Under the pieces are notes generated by a model. It saw only the letters and a program-made list of their open reading frames with translations, was not told the origin of the DNA and ran no database searches. Shown here in pieces: positions 37,021-46,386 of a stretch of 64,000 bases of DNA (positions are counted from its first letter, which is position 1; every line of letters begins with the position of its first letter). The translations under genes and the position numbers were made by a program. This DNA comes from a virus: the IMG/VR virus record IMGVR_UViG_3300050011_000542, positions 31,217 to 95,216 of that record. The stretch is one strand, 5' to 3'.

Positions 37021-37910
37021 AATTCTTAAAGACCGTGCAGAAGGCCCTGCCGGAAAATTCTATTAGGTTTTTGCTTCACCGCGAGCTCACCAAGCCGGGG
37101 CAGGGGCGTAGCCATCGTGTTCTGCACGCCTCCGATATGACTCATGACGAGAAGGAGTTCTGCCCGCGTGAGTTCGCCCTGAAAGACATCTTACATGCCA
37201 CGGCTGAGACGCAGCGCGAGACCGCTGCAATGGCTATGGTCTACATGCACGGTCACATGATCCAGGCAGAGATATGCACGATCTTGTCGAAGTCAGGTCG
37301 TGGCATAGGAGATTGGCGATGCCAGAATTGCTACACCATGATCCAGTTCGCATTGTTGCCCGTGCTTTGCAACGCCTGCGGCTGCAAAAGTTTCGACTAC
37401 GAAGAAATGCGGTTCGAATCGCCCGCAACCGGGGCGAGCTGCGGGATCGACTTGCTGATCAAAACAGCGGCCCAGAAGCTACGAATTCTGGAGATAAAGT
37501 CGATTAAGGAAGACTTCTTCAAGAAGCTAGTGGCCCCGAAGGCTGAACACAGGGTACGCACAAATCTCTATATGCGCCTTGTCGAAGACAGCGGCCGGCA
37601 CGGCCTGATCAATGTTGAAGAGGCTACTGTCCTATATGTCTCCAAAGGCTATGGAGTGAAGGAAGACAGCGTAGCAGCCTGGGGTTTCAACGAAGAAGGC
37701 TGGAGCCCATTCAAGGAATACACCGTCACGCGCAATGACGCCGAGACCGAGGAATACTGGCAACGCGCCAAGATGCTCAACACCTTTCGCAAGGAAGGCA
37801 AGATGCCCTTGGGGGTGTGTCCGACCAGTTTTGGTCAGAGGGCGAAAGACTGCTCGATGGTGCATCAGTGCTTTAGTGGCAAGTACCCTGCCTGGGACGG
37901 CTGGCTTTGA
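37017..37910 (+). CDS. Cas4-like PD-(D/E)xK exonuclease
   Basis: FCPRE, GIDL, ILEIKS, C-terminal Cys cluster; extra CxxC..CxxC ribbon. Confidence 0.75.
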   Translation: MKFLKTVQKALPENSIRFLLHRELTKPGQGRSHRVLHASDMTHDEKEFCPREFALKDILHATAETQRETAAMAMVYMHGHMIQAEICTILSKSGRGIGDWRCQNCYTMIQFALLPVLCNACGCKSFDYEEMRFESPATGASCGIDLLIKTAAQKLRILEIKSIKEDFFKKLVAPKAEHRVRTNLYMRLVEDSGRHGLINVEEATVLYVSKGYGVKEDSVAAWGFNEEGWSPFKEYTVTRNDAETEEYWQRAKMLNTFRKEGKMPLGVCPTSFGQRAKDCSMVHQCFSGKYPAWDGWL

Positions 37911-37956
37911 CGCTATCTTGCCACGCCCGCAGACCTTTTGTAGTAGGAGAAGGGCG

Positions 37957-38259
37957 ATGACACAGGAAGCGGACGGCATCGCGAGAGCCTTTCGCGACGG
38001 CAAGAAATGCAGTCGCACACGGACGGAAACCGATGGTAATGAGGTCTATCTGCATGGAAGTCGGATTGCTTGGCGTGATCGCACCAATGGCACGGTCTAC
38101 ATGACCTTGGCCGGCTGGGACACGGTGATAGCTCGCGATCGGTTGAATGCTATCTGTTCGGCGTTCGGTAGGTCGTCTTGGCGGTTCCGCCGGGCGAAGA
38201 TAGGGCAGGCTTTCAACGATCACCCAATAGGCAATAGGGACGTGGTGACCCTGGGCTGA
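37957..38259 (+). CDS. hypothetical phage protein
   Basis: VYLHG-RIA..GW-T...RLNA motif. Confidence 0.65.
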   Translation: MTQEADGIARAFRDGKKCSRTRTETDGNEVYLHGSRIAWRDRTNGTVYMTLAGWDTVIARDRLNAICSAFGRSSWRFRRAKIGQAFNDHPIGNRDVVTLG

Positions 38260-38317
38260 CAGTGGCGTAAGATTCGCGAATGCCAACCAATTGAAAGCTC
38301 CACGGAGGGAGTTTCAC

Positions 38318-38833
38318 ATGATAGTAGCAGGGCTTGACCTATCGGCGACTGCTACAGGAATTGCCATCCTGCAGACTTTTGGAGACGGCAAGGTCAATAA
38401 GCTCTATGAGGAAGAGATATCGGTAAAGGGTAAGGGATTGGACCGGGCGCTGGCGATAGCCGATCGGATAGGGGATGCTCTGGATCAGTTCAAGCCCGAG
38501 AAAGTGGCCCTGGAAGGCTACGGGTTTGGCAACGCATTTACCTTGGCGATCCTGGTTGAAGTCGGTACGGTTGTACGTCTCCGGTTGAAGCTGATGGGTT
38601 TAAGTTACCTGGAAGTACCTCCGAATAGTATCAAGCTATTCGTGACCGGGGCTGGCAATGCCCAGAAGGATAAAGTGCTGCTAGAACTGTATAAGCGCTG
38701 GGGCTTAGACATGAAGACTAATAACACTGGCGATGCGGCCGGGGTTGCCCTTGTGCAGCTTGGCGTGGCCAACCAGGTCGTCCTGACCGAGTTCCAGAAA
38801 AAAGCGATCAGCAAGCTGTCTTCCTGCAATTGA
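38318..38833 (+). CDS. ruvC: RuvC-like Holliday junction resolvase
   Basis: GLDLSATATG, VALEG, K-FVTG-GNA-K, N--DA. Confidence 0.85.
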   Translation: MIVAGLDLSATATGIAILQTFGDGKVNKLYEEEISVKGKGLDRALAIADRIGDALDQFKPEKVALEGYGFGNAFTLAILVEVGTVVRLRLKLMGLSYLEVPPNSIKLFVTGAGNAQKDKVLLELYKRWGLDMKTNNTGDAAGVALVQLGVANQVVLTEFQKKAISKLSSCN

Positions 38834-38905
38834 TTGCAATTTTCTCTTGATCTTTGCAGGTAGCTAGATACACTCTGTTTTATCAAACACCGAGGAGGGT
38901 GGGAA

Positions 38906-40207
38906 ATGAGTGATAAGCCGTCAACGCTCGATCTGCTCAAGGCAGCTACCAACAAGGCCGCAGCGCCAGGACCGGAGGCGGTTCCTGTTAATGCCGAGGC
39001 CCTGTTGGAGCAAGAGGTAGCCGCAGATCCTCCCGAGGAACCTCCGTTTGATCTGGAGCCGCAAGTCGAGCATATTCAGACTGTGACTGGGGAAGTTATC
39101 ACTGTGGTGACAAACCCGGTTGCTCTTTCGGCTGAAGAGGGGACAGAGGAAGTGGCAGAGACGGCGCAGCCCACCTTTACCCCGATTAAGCTGACTGCCG
39201 GTCAGATCGACACCCTGACAGCCGCCCAGCTTAACAAGACTGCCCACGAGCATAATATCGTGATCGAGGGCTGGCCCGGCATGAAGGTCGAGGAAAAGAA
39301 GGCGACCCTCAAGAACCTGATCCACCCCGAGTATGTGGACAAGGAAACGCCGGAACAGGAAATCCTGCCGCCGGCAAAGCCGGCCGGGGCTGATAAGCCC
39401 GTCGCCAAGATCAAGAACACGACCAAGGTAGGGGTGAACACCGATCCCCTGGTCAAGATGTCGTTCGAAATCGAGAACATGGACGAAGCCCAGCTGCACA
39501 CCGCAGTTAAGAGTTGGGTACAGCGTCAGTCGCTCGATTTCTTTGCTCTGGGCGGTTATCTCACCCAGATGCAGATGAACGCCTGGTTTGGCCAATACAA
39601 GAACATGGAAGAGTTCTGCAAGGCCGAGCTGGAGCTCAGCTACCGCACCGCGCGGTACATGATGGTCTGCTATGAGGGCATCCTCGAAGCCGGCCTGACG
39701 GCTGACCAGGTTCAGCAAATGGGCTGGTCGAAGTTGAAGGACGTAGTGCCTCTGCTGAACAAGGATAACGTCGAGGATTGGGTGCAGAAGGCCCTGACCC
39801 ACAATGTGTCCGATTTCCAAGAGCTGGTGAAGGCCGAGAAGGGCGACGACAACAGCAGCGGAGCCGGCCCCGACACTGCCACCGACAAGGTTATCAAGAC
39901 AGCCAGCTTTAAGCTGCTTAATGACCAGATCGACACGGTGAAGCAAGCTCTCGATAAGGCCAAGGCCGAAGGCAACACGGAGAGTGACTCTGTGGCCCTG
40001 GAGTACCTGGCTCTATCGTATTTGAACGGGGGCGGAATCGTACAGCAAGCCGGCCCAGCAGACCTATCGACGATCGACGCTACCGAACTACCAGTAGATA
40101 AGATCATGGCCTGGATGAAGAATGCAGGCGCCCAGATCTCGCTTGAGATTATCGGGGAAGTGTTCCCTGACCTGGCGATCGAGTGTAGCGAACTGCCTAG
40201 TACATAG
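38906..40207 (+). CDS. acidic protein with DUF3102-like DNA-binding domain
   Basis: C-terminal half is paralogous to 1341..1859; own promoter and terminator. Confidence 0.75.
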   Translation: MSDKPSTLDLLKAATNKAAAPGPEAVPVNAEALLEQEVAADPPEEPPFDLEPQVEHIQTVTGEVITVVTNPVALSAEEGTEEVAETAQPTFTPIKLTAGQIDTLTAAQLNKTAHEHNIVIEGWPGMKVEEKKATLKNLIHPEYVDKETPEQEILPPAKPAGADKPVAKIKNTTKVGVNTDPLVKMSFEIENMDEAQLHTAVKSWVQRQSLDFFALGGYLTQMQMNAWFGQYKNMEEFCKAELELSYRTARYMMVCYEGILEAGLTADQVQQMGWSKLKDVVPLLNKDNVEDWVQKALTHNVSDFQELVKAEKGDDNSSGAGPDTATDKVIKTASFKLLNDQIDTVKQALDKAKAEGNTESDSVALEYLALSYLNGGGIVQQAGPADLSTIDATELPVDKIMAWMKNAGAQISLEIIGEVFPDLAIECSELPST

Positions 40208-40234
40208 GGGGTAGTCTAGGTCTAGGTAGATACG

Positions 40235-40266
40235 GAGAGCGCGTCTAAGTCGGCGCGCTTTTCTTT
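40235..40266 (+). terminator. intrinsic terminator
   Basis: AGCGCGTC/GGCGCGCT stem followed by TTTCTTT. Confidence 0.65.
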
Positions 40267-40497
40267 AGTGCAATCGATTGCACCAGGAGGGTGCTGTGTC
40301 CAAGTGCGATGTCATCGTCGACCTTATTAATGGTGTGTCTTGTGAGGCACCGGGGCGATGGCAAAGCCCGCAGCTGCCCGGCCCAGCAGGAGAACGCACA
40401 AGATGTAATGACCATAAACAGCCCGGTGATGAGCTAACCCAGGCTGAAAAAGACGCTGACATGGAAGCACTAGCAGGGTTGTACTAGGAGGGTGCGA

Positions 40498-41391
40498 ATG
40501 TCTCAGATCGACGCTAAGGTTATCGCCCACAGCATTTCAGAGGCCGGCAAGCAAGTGGCCTCCATCCAGGTGACGGCTCACAGGTTTATCTTGGCCGAAA
40601 TCAACACGCACCGAGTGTTGTCTCGCAATTACCGAAGTTCCCGAGCGGTTCCGACAGCCAAGCTGATCGACGAAGTTGCGACGGCTCCGGCGATGCCTGT
40701 TTATTGGGGCAAGAGCCAGCCAGGTATGCAGGCCGAAGAAGAGCTGACAGGCGTAGAGCTAGAAGCAATGAAAAGACAGTGGGGGTACGCTGCCTACGAA
40801 GCTGCTCTTAGAGCTCGGATAATGCTTGGTAGAAATGGTCACAAGCAAATCGTTAATCGCGTTCTCGAACCTTATTTATACGTCCACGGTATCATCACGT
40901 CGACGGAGTGGGATAACTTCTTCAAGCTGCGCCGAGATGCAACAGCCCAGCCAGAGTTTAAGGCCCTGGCCGATGCCATGTACGATGTACTGCAAGCAAG
41001 TCAGCCTAACTTCTTAAAAGAAGGGGCTTGGCACTTGCCTTATGTGTCTTCTGCTGATGCAGATCAGTTTGATGCTGAAATATGTCTTGGTGAGTATGAA
41101 GAGGTATTAGCGGGGCTACGAAAGATATCGACGGCGCGATGCGCTAGGGTGACGTACAAAGTTTTCGACGAAGATCGCCCGTCTAGGTTAGACGAAGATA
41201 TTCAGCTTCACGACAGGCTAATGGCTCAAGGTCACTGGTCGCCTTTTGAGCATGCCTGCACGCCTGACGGGGCACTCCGTAAAGAAGGCCCAGTAAAGCC
41301 ATGGTACGACTGGTATAACTCGAATGAGCACGGTAATTTTGTAGGATGGCGTCAGTACCGACGCCAAATCCCCGAAGGCTGTACGCCTTAA
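40498..41391 (+). CDS. thyX: flavin-dependent thymidylate synthase (ThyX/Thy1-like)
   Basis: EINTHRVLSRNYRSSRA, HKQIVNR-LEP, NFFKLR, AQPE, HWSPFEH. Confidence 0.85.
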   Translation: MSQIDAKVIAHSISEAGKQVASIQVTAHRFILAEINTHRVLSRNYRSSRAVPTAKLIDEVATAPAMPVYWGKSQPGMQAEEELTGVELEAMKRQWGYAAYEAALRARIMLGRNGHKQIVNRVLEPYLYVHGIITSTEWDNFFKLRRDATAQPEFKALADAMYDVLQASQPNFLKEGAWHLPYVSSADADQFDAEICLGEYEEVLAGLRKISTARCARVTYKVFDEDRPSRLDEDIQLHDRLMAQGHWSPFEHACTPDGALRKEGPVKPWYDWYNSNEHGNFVGWRQYRRQIPEGCTP

Positions 41392-41459
41392 CGCTTTTTA
41401 CTTGTCTGTAGACAGGTCTAGGCTACGGTATAGGTATATCAAAGCCCAAGGAGGGGCAG

Positions 41460-41660
41460 GTGAAGATTAGCAACACAATGTCGAAGACCGACTGGAAGCT
41501 TCTGTCTCAGCAAAAGCTGACTTTGGTCACGCTGTTGAGCATGCCTAATCGTCTCATTGACAGTGAGAAAGAACCTCTTGAAGGGTTGCTTAATTGGATC
41601 GATAGCGTCCAGGACGCCGCCGAAGAAGACGGCTTTCCAGTTGTTTGGTTGGAGGGGTAG
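41460..41660 (+). CDS. hypothetical protein
   Basis: Promoter at 41402 and hairpin RBS. Confidence 0.65.
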   Translation: MKISNTMSKTDWKLLSQQKLTLVTLLSMPNRLIDSEKEPLEGLLNWIDSVQDAAEEDGFPVVWLEG

Positions 41661-42140
41661 ATGCCCAAGTATGATGTCCACCTGTATGTTCAGGTTCGTG
41701 TGAAATTCGCCGATATAGAAGGAGAGTCGCACGAAGAAGCTGTTGAGAAGGCTCTCGTGAATTATAGCCGCACAGGCATGGACAACTTCTACGCCCCCAC
41801 GCCGGCTGCTTGGTCCGAAGGCGTTGTTGATATTGAAGACAGCGACAACGGCCCGATAGAGGCCCTGGTCGATGTTGTGGGCGACGAAGAATACGAAGAT
41901 ACCAGAAATTACTATATTCGGCACGAGTATGACGGCAGCCTGGTGTTGGTAGATATGGACAAGCGTGACTCGGAAATCGTCCAGAAACTACTAGACGAAA
42001 TGAAGCCTGGAGCTATCAAAGAGCAATCACCAGAAGCCCAGAAGCTTATCCATGAAGTAGCAGAGATTACAGAGAACATGTCCGCAGACGAGCTCGACGA
42101 GCTTGAACGGACTCACGTCGTAGGAAGGGAGAAGGGCTGA
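41661..42140 (+). CDS. acidic hypothetical protein
   Basis: GGAGG RBS; adjacent to the previous stop. Confidence 0.65.
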   Translation: MPKYDVHLYVQVRVKFADIEGESHEEAVEKALVNYSRTGMDNFYAPTPAAWSEGVVDIEDSDNGPIEALVDVVGDEEYEDTRNYYIRHEYDGSLVLVDMDKRDSEIVQKLLDEMKPGAIKEQSPEAQKLIHEVAEITENMSADELDELERTHVVGREKG

Positions 42141-42148
42141 CCGGGTGA

Positions 42149-42311
42149 GTAGCAGCATCGGGTCTTTACCAGAGTGATCTGGTCGACCTTCAACAAGCCC
42201 CGATCCCTCTTCTCCGCTAGTTCAGACTAGCTCATGCAGGGCAATCAGGGCAACTGCTACAGGGCATATAGCGAGGGTCAGCGGGGAATTAGCTACCGCG
42301 CCTCGTGCTCT
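42149..42311 (+). ncRNA. candidate structured RNA / leader upstream of RapZ-C gene
   Basis: Nested stems GTAGCAG/CTGCTAC, ATCGGG/CCCGAT, ACCAGA-GTGA-TCTGGT, GCTAGT-TCAG-ACTAGC, CGAGG/CCTCG. Confidence 0.5.
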
Positions 42312-42326
42312 GCCACGGAGGGCAAA

Positions 42327-42683
42327 ATGGCTTTGAAGAAGCTAGTTAGTTTTGGTTTTAAGCATTCTGCATCCGGGGCTGAGCCAGCCGCGCCGATAGG
42401 CTATATTGATGTTCGCCAATGGGGTCTTGCTAACCCACACAGTCACCACTTCTTGAAGAACATGACCGGCAAGGCGAAAGCTGTAGCTGAGTACATAGAG
42501 GATCACAAAGGTTTCTCGGCTGTTTGGGAGATGTATTTAGAAGTTGTTCTCGACCGAGCCCAGAAGGGCTATGAAACAGTATATGTAGGCTGTGTAGGTG
42601 GTAAGCATCGTAGTGTGTATCTAGTAGAGCGCCTGGGCAAGGAACTTGGCATCGAGGTAGAACACAGGGACATAGACAAATAG
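42327..42683 (+). CDS. stand-alone RapZ C-terminal (RNA-binding) domain protein
   Basis: SFGFKH, DVR..L-NPH, MTG, VGCVGGKHRSV, VEHRDI. Confidence 0.85.
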   Translation: MALKKLVSFGFKHSASGAEPAAPIGYIDVRQWGLANPHSHHFLKNMTGKAKAVAEYIEDHKGFSAVWEMYLEVVLDRAQKGYETVYVGCVGGKHRSVYLVERLGKELGIEVEHRDIDK

Positions 42684-42716
42684 CACTGCAATCAATTGCA
42701 TTAGGAGTATCGGGGC

Positions 42717-43036
42717 ATGGCTAAGGAGTCGTATCTGGTCGATGTTGAAGCTGAGCTCGTCCACCAGACTGAGCTTGGTCCTTAACCGTATAATTATGTA
42801 TTTTCCCTTGTCATAGTCAGGTCTTACGTTACGATCGTTCGGCGTCAACAAACACATAACCAGGATGGTTGGTGATGCCCTCGGAACTGAAGATGCAAGT
42901 GGAAGAGCTGGGCGCTTACCTGATCGACAATGGCAGCCAAAAAGTCTGGGTGCCAAAGGCAGCAGTAGAGTACGATGAATTAGACGGCGTGTTCACGTTG
43001 CCTCGGGCAATGGCCCAGGACAAAGGACTGATCTAA
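42717..43036 (+). pseudogene. small phage beta-barrel gene split by a promoter+RBS insert
   Basis: MAKESYLVDVEAELVHQTELGP* (42717-42785) and ...ELGAYLIDNGSQKVWVPK..FTLP..KGLI* (42875-43036). Confidence 0.5.
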
Positions 43037-43086
43037 TCGGTTTTACCCACGTTTAGCCGGTTGTCACACACAGGAGCTAGATATTG

Positions 43087-43509
43087 ATGGCTGAGCCAGT
43101 AAGGCGCGATTGGTGCGAAGAACATAATCGAGGCTCGCTCGCTGCGTCGGAGGGCCTTTGTCCAGAATGCCAGCAGCGGACGATTGAGCGTCTTCGCAAT
43201 GAAATTGATAGCCGCACCGAGAACGATCTCGCGACTACGCGGGTCAACACGGAGTTGATCGCCGAGCGAGACGCGCTCCAAGCACGAACGAAGGACCGCG
43301 AGGGTTTCATCCTCAACATGATCTGGAATGAGGCGGACAAGCGCGAAGCTCTTGAGAAAGAGTTGGATCAGCGCACCCGCGAGCGTGACGGAGAACGCGA
43401 GGCGCGGGAGAAGATCGAATTGGCTTACCGTAAACAAGATGCAGTGATGGGCGTCTTATTTGAGAGATTGAATAAAGCCGGCGTCGACTGCTCCGACCTG
43501 ATTTCATAG
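43087..43509 (+). CDS. Zn-finger + coiled-coil hypothetical protein
   Basis: C--H..CPEC followed by heptads. Confidence 0.6.
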   Translation: MAEPVRRDWCEEHNRGSLAASEGLCPECQQRTIERLRNEIDSRTENDLATTRVNTELIAERDALQARTKDREGFILNMIWNEADKREALEKELDQRTRERDGEREAREKIELAYRKQDAVMGVLFERLNKAGVDCSDLIS

Positions 43510-43527
43510 ATAGTAGCTGTGTGTCCT

Positions 43528-43920
43528 ATGAAAAGGCCGGATGTTAGAGCAAAGAACGCAGCCAGCCAGAGGGCTAGAGCGGCTGCTCGGGGGTATGTGC
43601 CAAAAATAGCACTGAAGAAGGGATCGCCAGAGTATCGAGCAATGATGTCAATTGCAGTTAAGGCTAGAGACCCAGAGTACCGTGTGTCGATATCGAAAGC
43701 CTTAACCGGGGTAACAAAATCCAGTAGCCACCGCGAGGCATTGAGAGATTCCTATCGGAAGCGTTCGTTTTTGTTGTTATACGGCCGCGCAGCCACACTT
43801 AACGAAATATCACAAGTGTTGAGTGTTGATAGAAAGACGATACGAGACCGTGCTAAGCGGTATGATGTGCCTTTGCAAGAGGCAGTAGATTTCTATGCGG
43901 TTCTGAAATCCGCAAATTAG
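43528..43920 (+). CDS. NUMOD3-like basic DNA-binding protein with HTH
   Basis: SPEYRAMMS / KSSSHREAL repeats; TLNEISQVLSVDRKTIRDR. Confidence 0.55.
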   Translation: MKRPDVRAKNAASQRARAAARGYVPKIALKKGSPEYRAMMSIAVKARDPEYRVSISKALTGVTKSSSHREALRDSYRKRSFLLLYGRAATLNEISQVLSVDRKTIRDRAKRYDVPLQEAVDFYAVLKSAN

Positions 43921-43996
43921 TCTTTTTATTTGCTCTTTTATCGGTGTATGTCACAATACGAAATGTCAAAACCTACTTCACCAAGAAGGCTGGGCC

Positions 43997-44179
43997 ATGA
44001 ACTTACCTGATGACGATATAGAGGTGTTGACTCTTACTATCGATCAGGCGAGGAAAGTTGACCGTGTCGGTGAACATGAATTGCTTGATCAGATTTTCGA
44101 AGCCATAGACAAGGCCCAGGCCGCTGTTTTCTCGGGAGAAAAGAAAAGGACTTATGTCCTGATCGAGATCGAAGCCTAG
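43997..44179 (+). CDS. hypothetical protein
   Basis: Promoter at 43930; palindrome follows the stop. Confidence 0.6.
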   Translation: MNLPDDDIEVLTLTIDQARKVDRVGEHELLDQIFEAIDKAQAAVFSGEKKRTYVLIEIEA

Positions 44180-44208
44180 CTGCAATCAGTTTCACCAAGG
44201 AGGGTGTT

Positions 44209-44469
44209 GTGTACCAGGTTCGAGAGCGTGTTCCAGTGCTTATGGATATGACCCAGGCCCAGTCAGAGGCAGCTTACGGTCATCCGACCCCGGCTGACAA
44301 TTGGATGAGGCCCATGAAGTGGGATCATTTCTCACTGCTGCCTTCTCTGGCTAGTCGGAGCTTTGTCGATCCGGGGCGAGCCCTGCTTGTCGAGGAAGCC
44401 CGTCAGATCAAGCGTACTCTCAAGGCCGCAGGCGTACCTGTGAAGGTAAGCCGGCGCCGGGCCGCGTGA
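44209..44469 (+). CDS. hypothetical protein
   Basis: Palindrome and hairpin RBS upstream. Confidence 0.6.
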   Translation: MYQVRERVPVLMDMTQAQSEAAYGHPTPADNWMRPMKWDHFSLLPSLASRSFVDPGRALLVEEARQIKRTLKAAGVPVKVSRRRAA

Positions 44470-44686
44470 TGGAGAGGTTCCGTACCTGGTGGAGCAGACC
44501 GTGGCGAGTAGGGTCGCTCGACAGTGGCCTCTCGTATCACGTATGGCAGGTCAACACCATTTTCCGCGACCCTGATCCTTTGCGGCCAGGGAAGAAGATC
44601 AGCTGGCGTCACTATTGCCACGGCTTTTATATCACTCCATGACGGTAGCCTAGCTGCAATCGATTTCACCAGGAGGAGAGTGTACG

Positions 44687-44992
44687 ATGGGACAAGTGCG
44701 AGACGTGCTTACGAGTGACGGCCCAGCCCTAACAGAATGGGTAGCTCGTAAGCTGCATAATCATAATCCAATGCGGCAGCGTTCTAAGGGCCGGGGCGAG
44801 GTCATGTCGACCAAGCTGGCCCTGGACATCGACAAGCAGACTGTCCACTACGTGAGTGCAGACGGGCAGGCTTTCGATATCACGGTAACTGCTCGGGGCC
44901 ATGTCGCTGAGCTGGCCCCGGCTGAACAAGAAACCCTAGAGCTACGAAAATATAAGTACGCTGACTGGGTTAATGAACGGGCTGTAGGGTAA
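44687..44992 (+). CDS. hypothetical protein
   Basis: Palindrome and AGGAGG RBS upstream. Confidence 0.55.
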   Translation: MGQVRDVLTSDGPALTEWVARKLHNHNPMRQRSKGRGEVMSTKLALDIDKQTVHYVSADGQAFDITVTARGHVAELAPAEQETLELRKYKYADWVNERAVG

Positions 44993-44994
44993 GC

Positions 44995-45138
44995 TCGAAG
45001 AGGCAGCGGGTAAACGTCCTCACCCAGCATGAGGCCCGAAAACTGCAAACGGGCGCCCGTCTTGGCGGTCGGTACGGTCGAGCAACAGTGCAAAAACGCG
45101 GGCGTGACGGTTGTAGGTGACGAGAGTGGAACCTTCGA
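44995..45138 (+). ncRNA. candidate structured intergenic RNA
   Basis: TCGAAG/CTTCGA closing stem, TCACC/GGTGA, GCCCG/CGGGC, CGCCCG/CGGGCG. Confidence 0.35.
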
Positions 45139-45156
45139 TTCACCAAGGAGGGTGAT

Positions 45157-45456
45157 TTGGCAACGTATTTGTTTCCCCTGACTAAAGATGAGTTCGGGGC
45201 TTGGCTGAGCAAGCAAGATCCCAAGGCTATTGTTGGCACCGCCTGTGACGGTGATGACTGCCCGATAGCCAAGTGCTTACAAGCCCAGGGCCATAGACAA
45301 GCCTGGATCGGCGAGAAGGTGTACTGCCTGAGCGAGCTGGGCAGTTATTCAAATAACCTTATGCTGCCTGACTGGGCCGTGAAATTCGCCGAAGACCTGG
45401 ATCTGAAGTTCATGACCAAGGACGTAACAGCGGCCCAGGCACTAGGACTGCTTTAA
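45157..45456 (+). CDS. hypothetical protein
   Basis: CPIA--L and LP-W---F motifs; hairpin RBS. Confidence 0.65.
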   Translation: MATYLFPLTKDEFGAWLSKQDPKAIVGTACDGDDCPIAKCLQAQGHRQAWIGEKVYCLSELGSYSNNLMLPDWAVKFAEDLDLKFMTKDVTAAQALGLL

Positions 45457-45530
45457 TCGTCTTTTTATTGACCTGGGCCAGTCTGTGGGTACGATCATCG
45501 CAGTTAATTCCTTTTCACCAGGAGGGTGTC

Positions 45531-46124
45531 GTGAGCTTGTTTCAGATAAAGTCACGGTTTTCAGAAGAATTGCTGTTCGAGCTTGAGTGCGGCTCTATGA
45601 AACTATGTGTGCAGGCTGCTATTGGTAAAAGCGCTAACCTGTACGGCGCTGACCTGTACGGCGCTGACCTGCGCAGCGCTGACCTGCGCGGCGCTGACCT
45701 GCGCAGCGCTGACCTGTACGGCGCTGACCTTGGCGGCGCTAACCTGCGCAGCGCTGACCTTGGCGGCGCTAACCTGCGCAGCGCTAACCTGTACGGCGCT
45801 GACCTTGGCGGCGCTAACCTGCGCAGCGCTAACCTGTACGGCGCTGACCTTGGCGGCGCTAACTTCGGTGACGGGTTCACCGTAGACGGTAAGATTGGAT
45901 TGATCTTTGCAGGTATGCCCAACAGCTATTCTGCTTTTGGGTATGTCGACGAAAAGACCAAACAACTTCGTGTGAAGGTGGGCTGTCAGCACAAATCGAT
46001 CAATGACGGTCGTGATTATTGGTCAAGTGAAAGCCACCCCGATCTAAGCAATAGGCGTGAAGTGCTTGCCGCGCTAGATTATATCGAAGCCATTGCTAAG
46101 CTGCGTGGTTGGAGAGTCGAGTAA
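45531..46124 (+). CDS. pentapeptide-repeat protein
   Basis: A(N/D)L(Y/R/G)(G/S) x16; C-terminal VKVGCQ domain. Confidence 0.9.
   Translation: MSLFQIKSRFSEELLFELECGSMKLCVQAAIGKSANLYGADLYGADLRSADLRGADLRSADLYGADLGGANLRSADLGGANLRSANLYGADLGGANLRSANLYGADLGGANFGDGFTVDGKIGLIFAGMPNSYSAFGYVDEKTKQLRVKVGCQHKSINDGRDYWSSESHPDLSNRREVLAALDYIEAIAKLRGWRVE
45631..45870 (+). repeat. 16 x 15-bp tandem repeat (GCGCTRACCTNNNNN)
   Basis: Encodes the pentapeptide repeats; no unique spacers. Confidence 0.9.
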
Positions 46125-46378
46125 TGACCCAGCTTTATACGCTTGTTCGACATTCGGCTTTTTCTCTGGGCCATCAGCAGTTTGAAAATGCTGTCGAGCC
46201 CAGGCCGATCGACTCTACCGCAGCCAAGAAAGTGGTAAAGCTAGGCGGTTACCTGTTCGATAATTTCGCCGCCGCTTATCAGCGTTCAGACGACGAGAAC
46301 GGCGATATCGAGCCACCGAAAGTGCCAGGTGCCTTTGTCAAGAAGAGCTTCGGTGATCTGTATCTGCCAGCAGCATAG
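46124..46378 (+). CDS. hypothetical protein
   Basis: Coupled TAATG start. Confidence 0.6.
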   Translation: MTQLYTLVRHSAFSLGHQQFENAVEPRPIDSTAAKKVVKLGGYLFDNFAAAYQRSDDENGDIEPPKVPGAFVKKSFGDLYLPAA

Positions 46379-46386
46379 AGAGGTTT

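Noticed and set aside
37017-37910. Cas4-like nuclease as evidence of a CRISPR-Cas system
   Set aside because: No array or other cas genes; solo Cas4-like nucleases are common in phage recombination modules.
38921-39946. Long antisense ORFs (341 aa here; also 17502-18284, 18309-18998, 20831-21529)
   Set aside because: They are shadows of GC-rich sense genes, with no RBS or recognisable motifs.
45025-45060. ATGAG...CGAAA as a hammerhead ribozyme core
   Set aside because: The CUGANGA box is incomplete and GAAA is not positioned after stem II.
45631-45870. Regular 15-bp repeat array resembling a CRISPR or VNTR
   Set aside because: No unique spacers; fully explained by pentapeptide-repeat coding.
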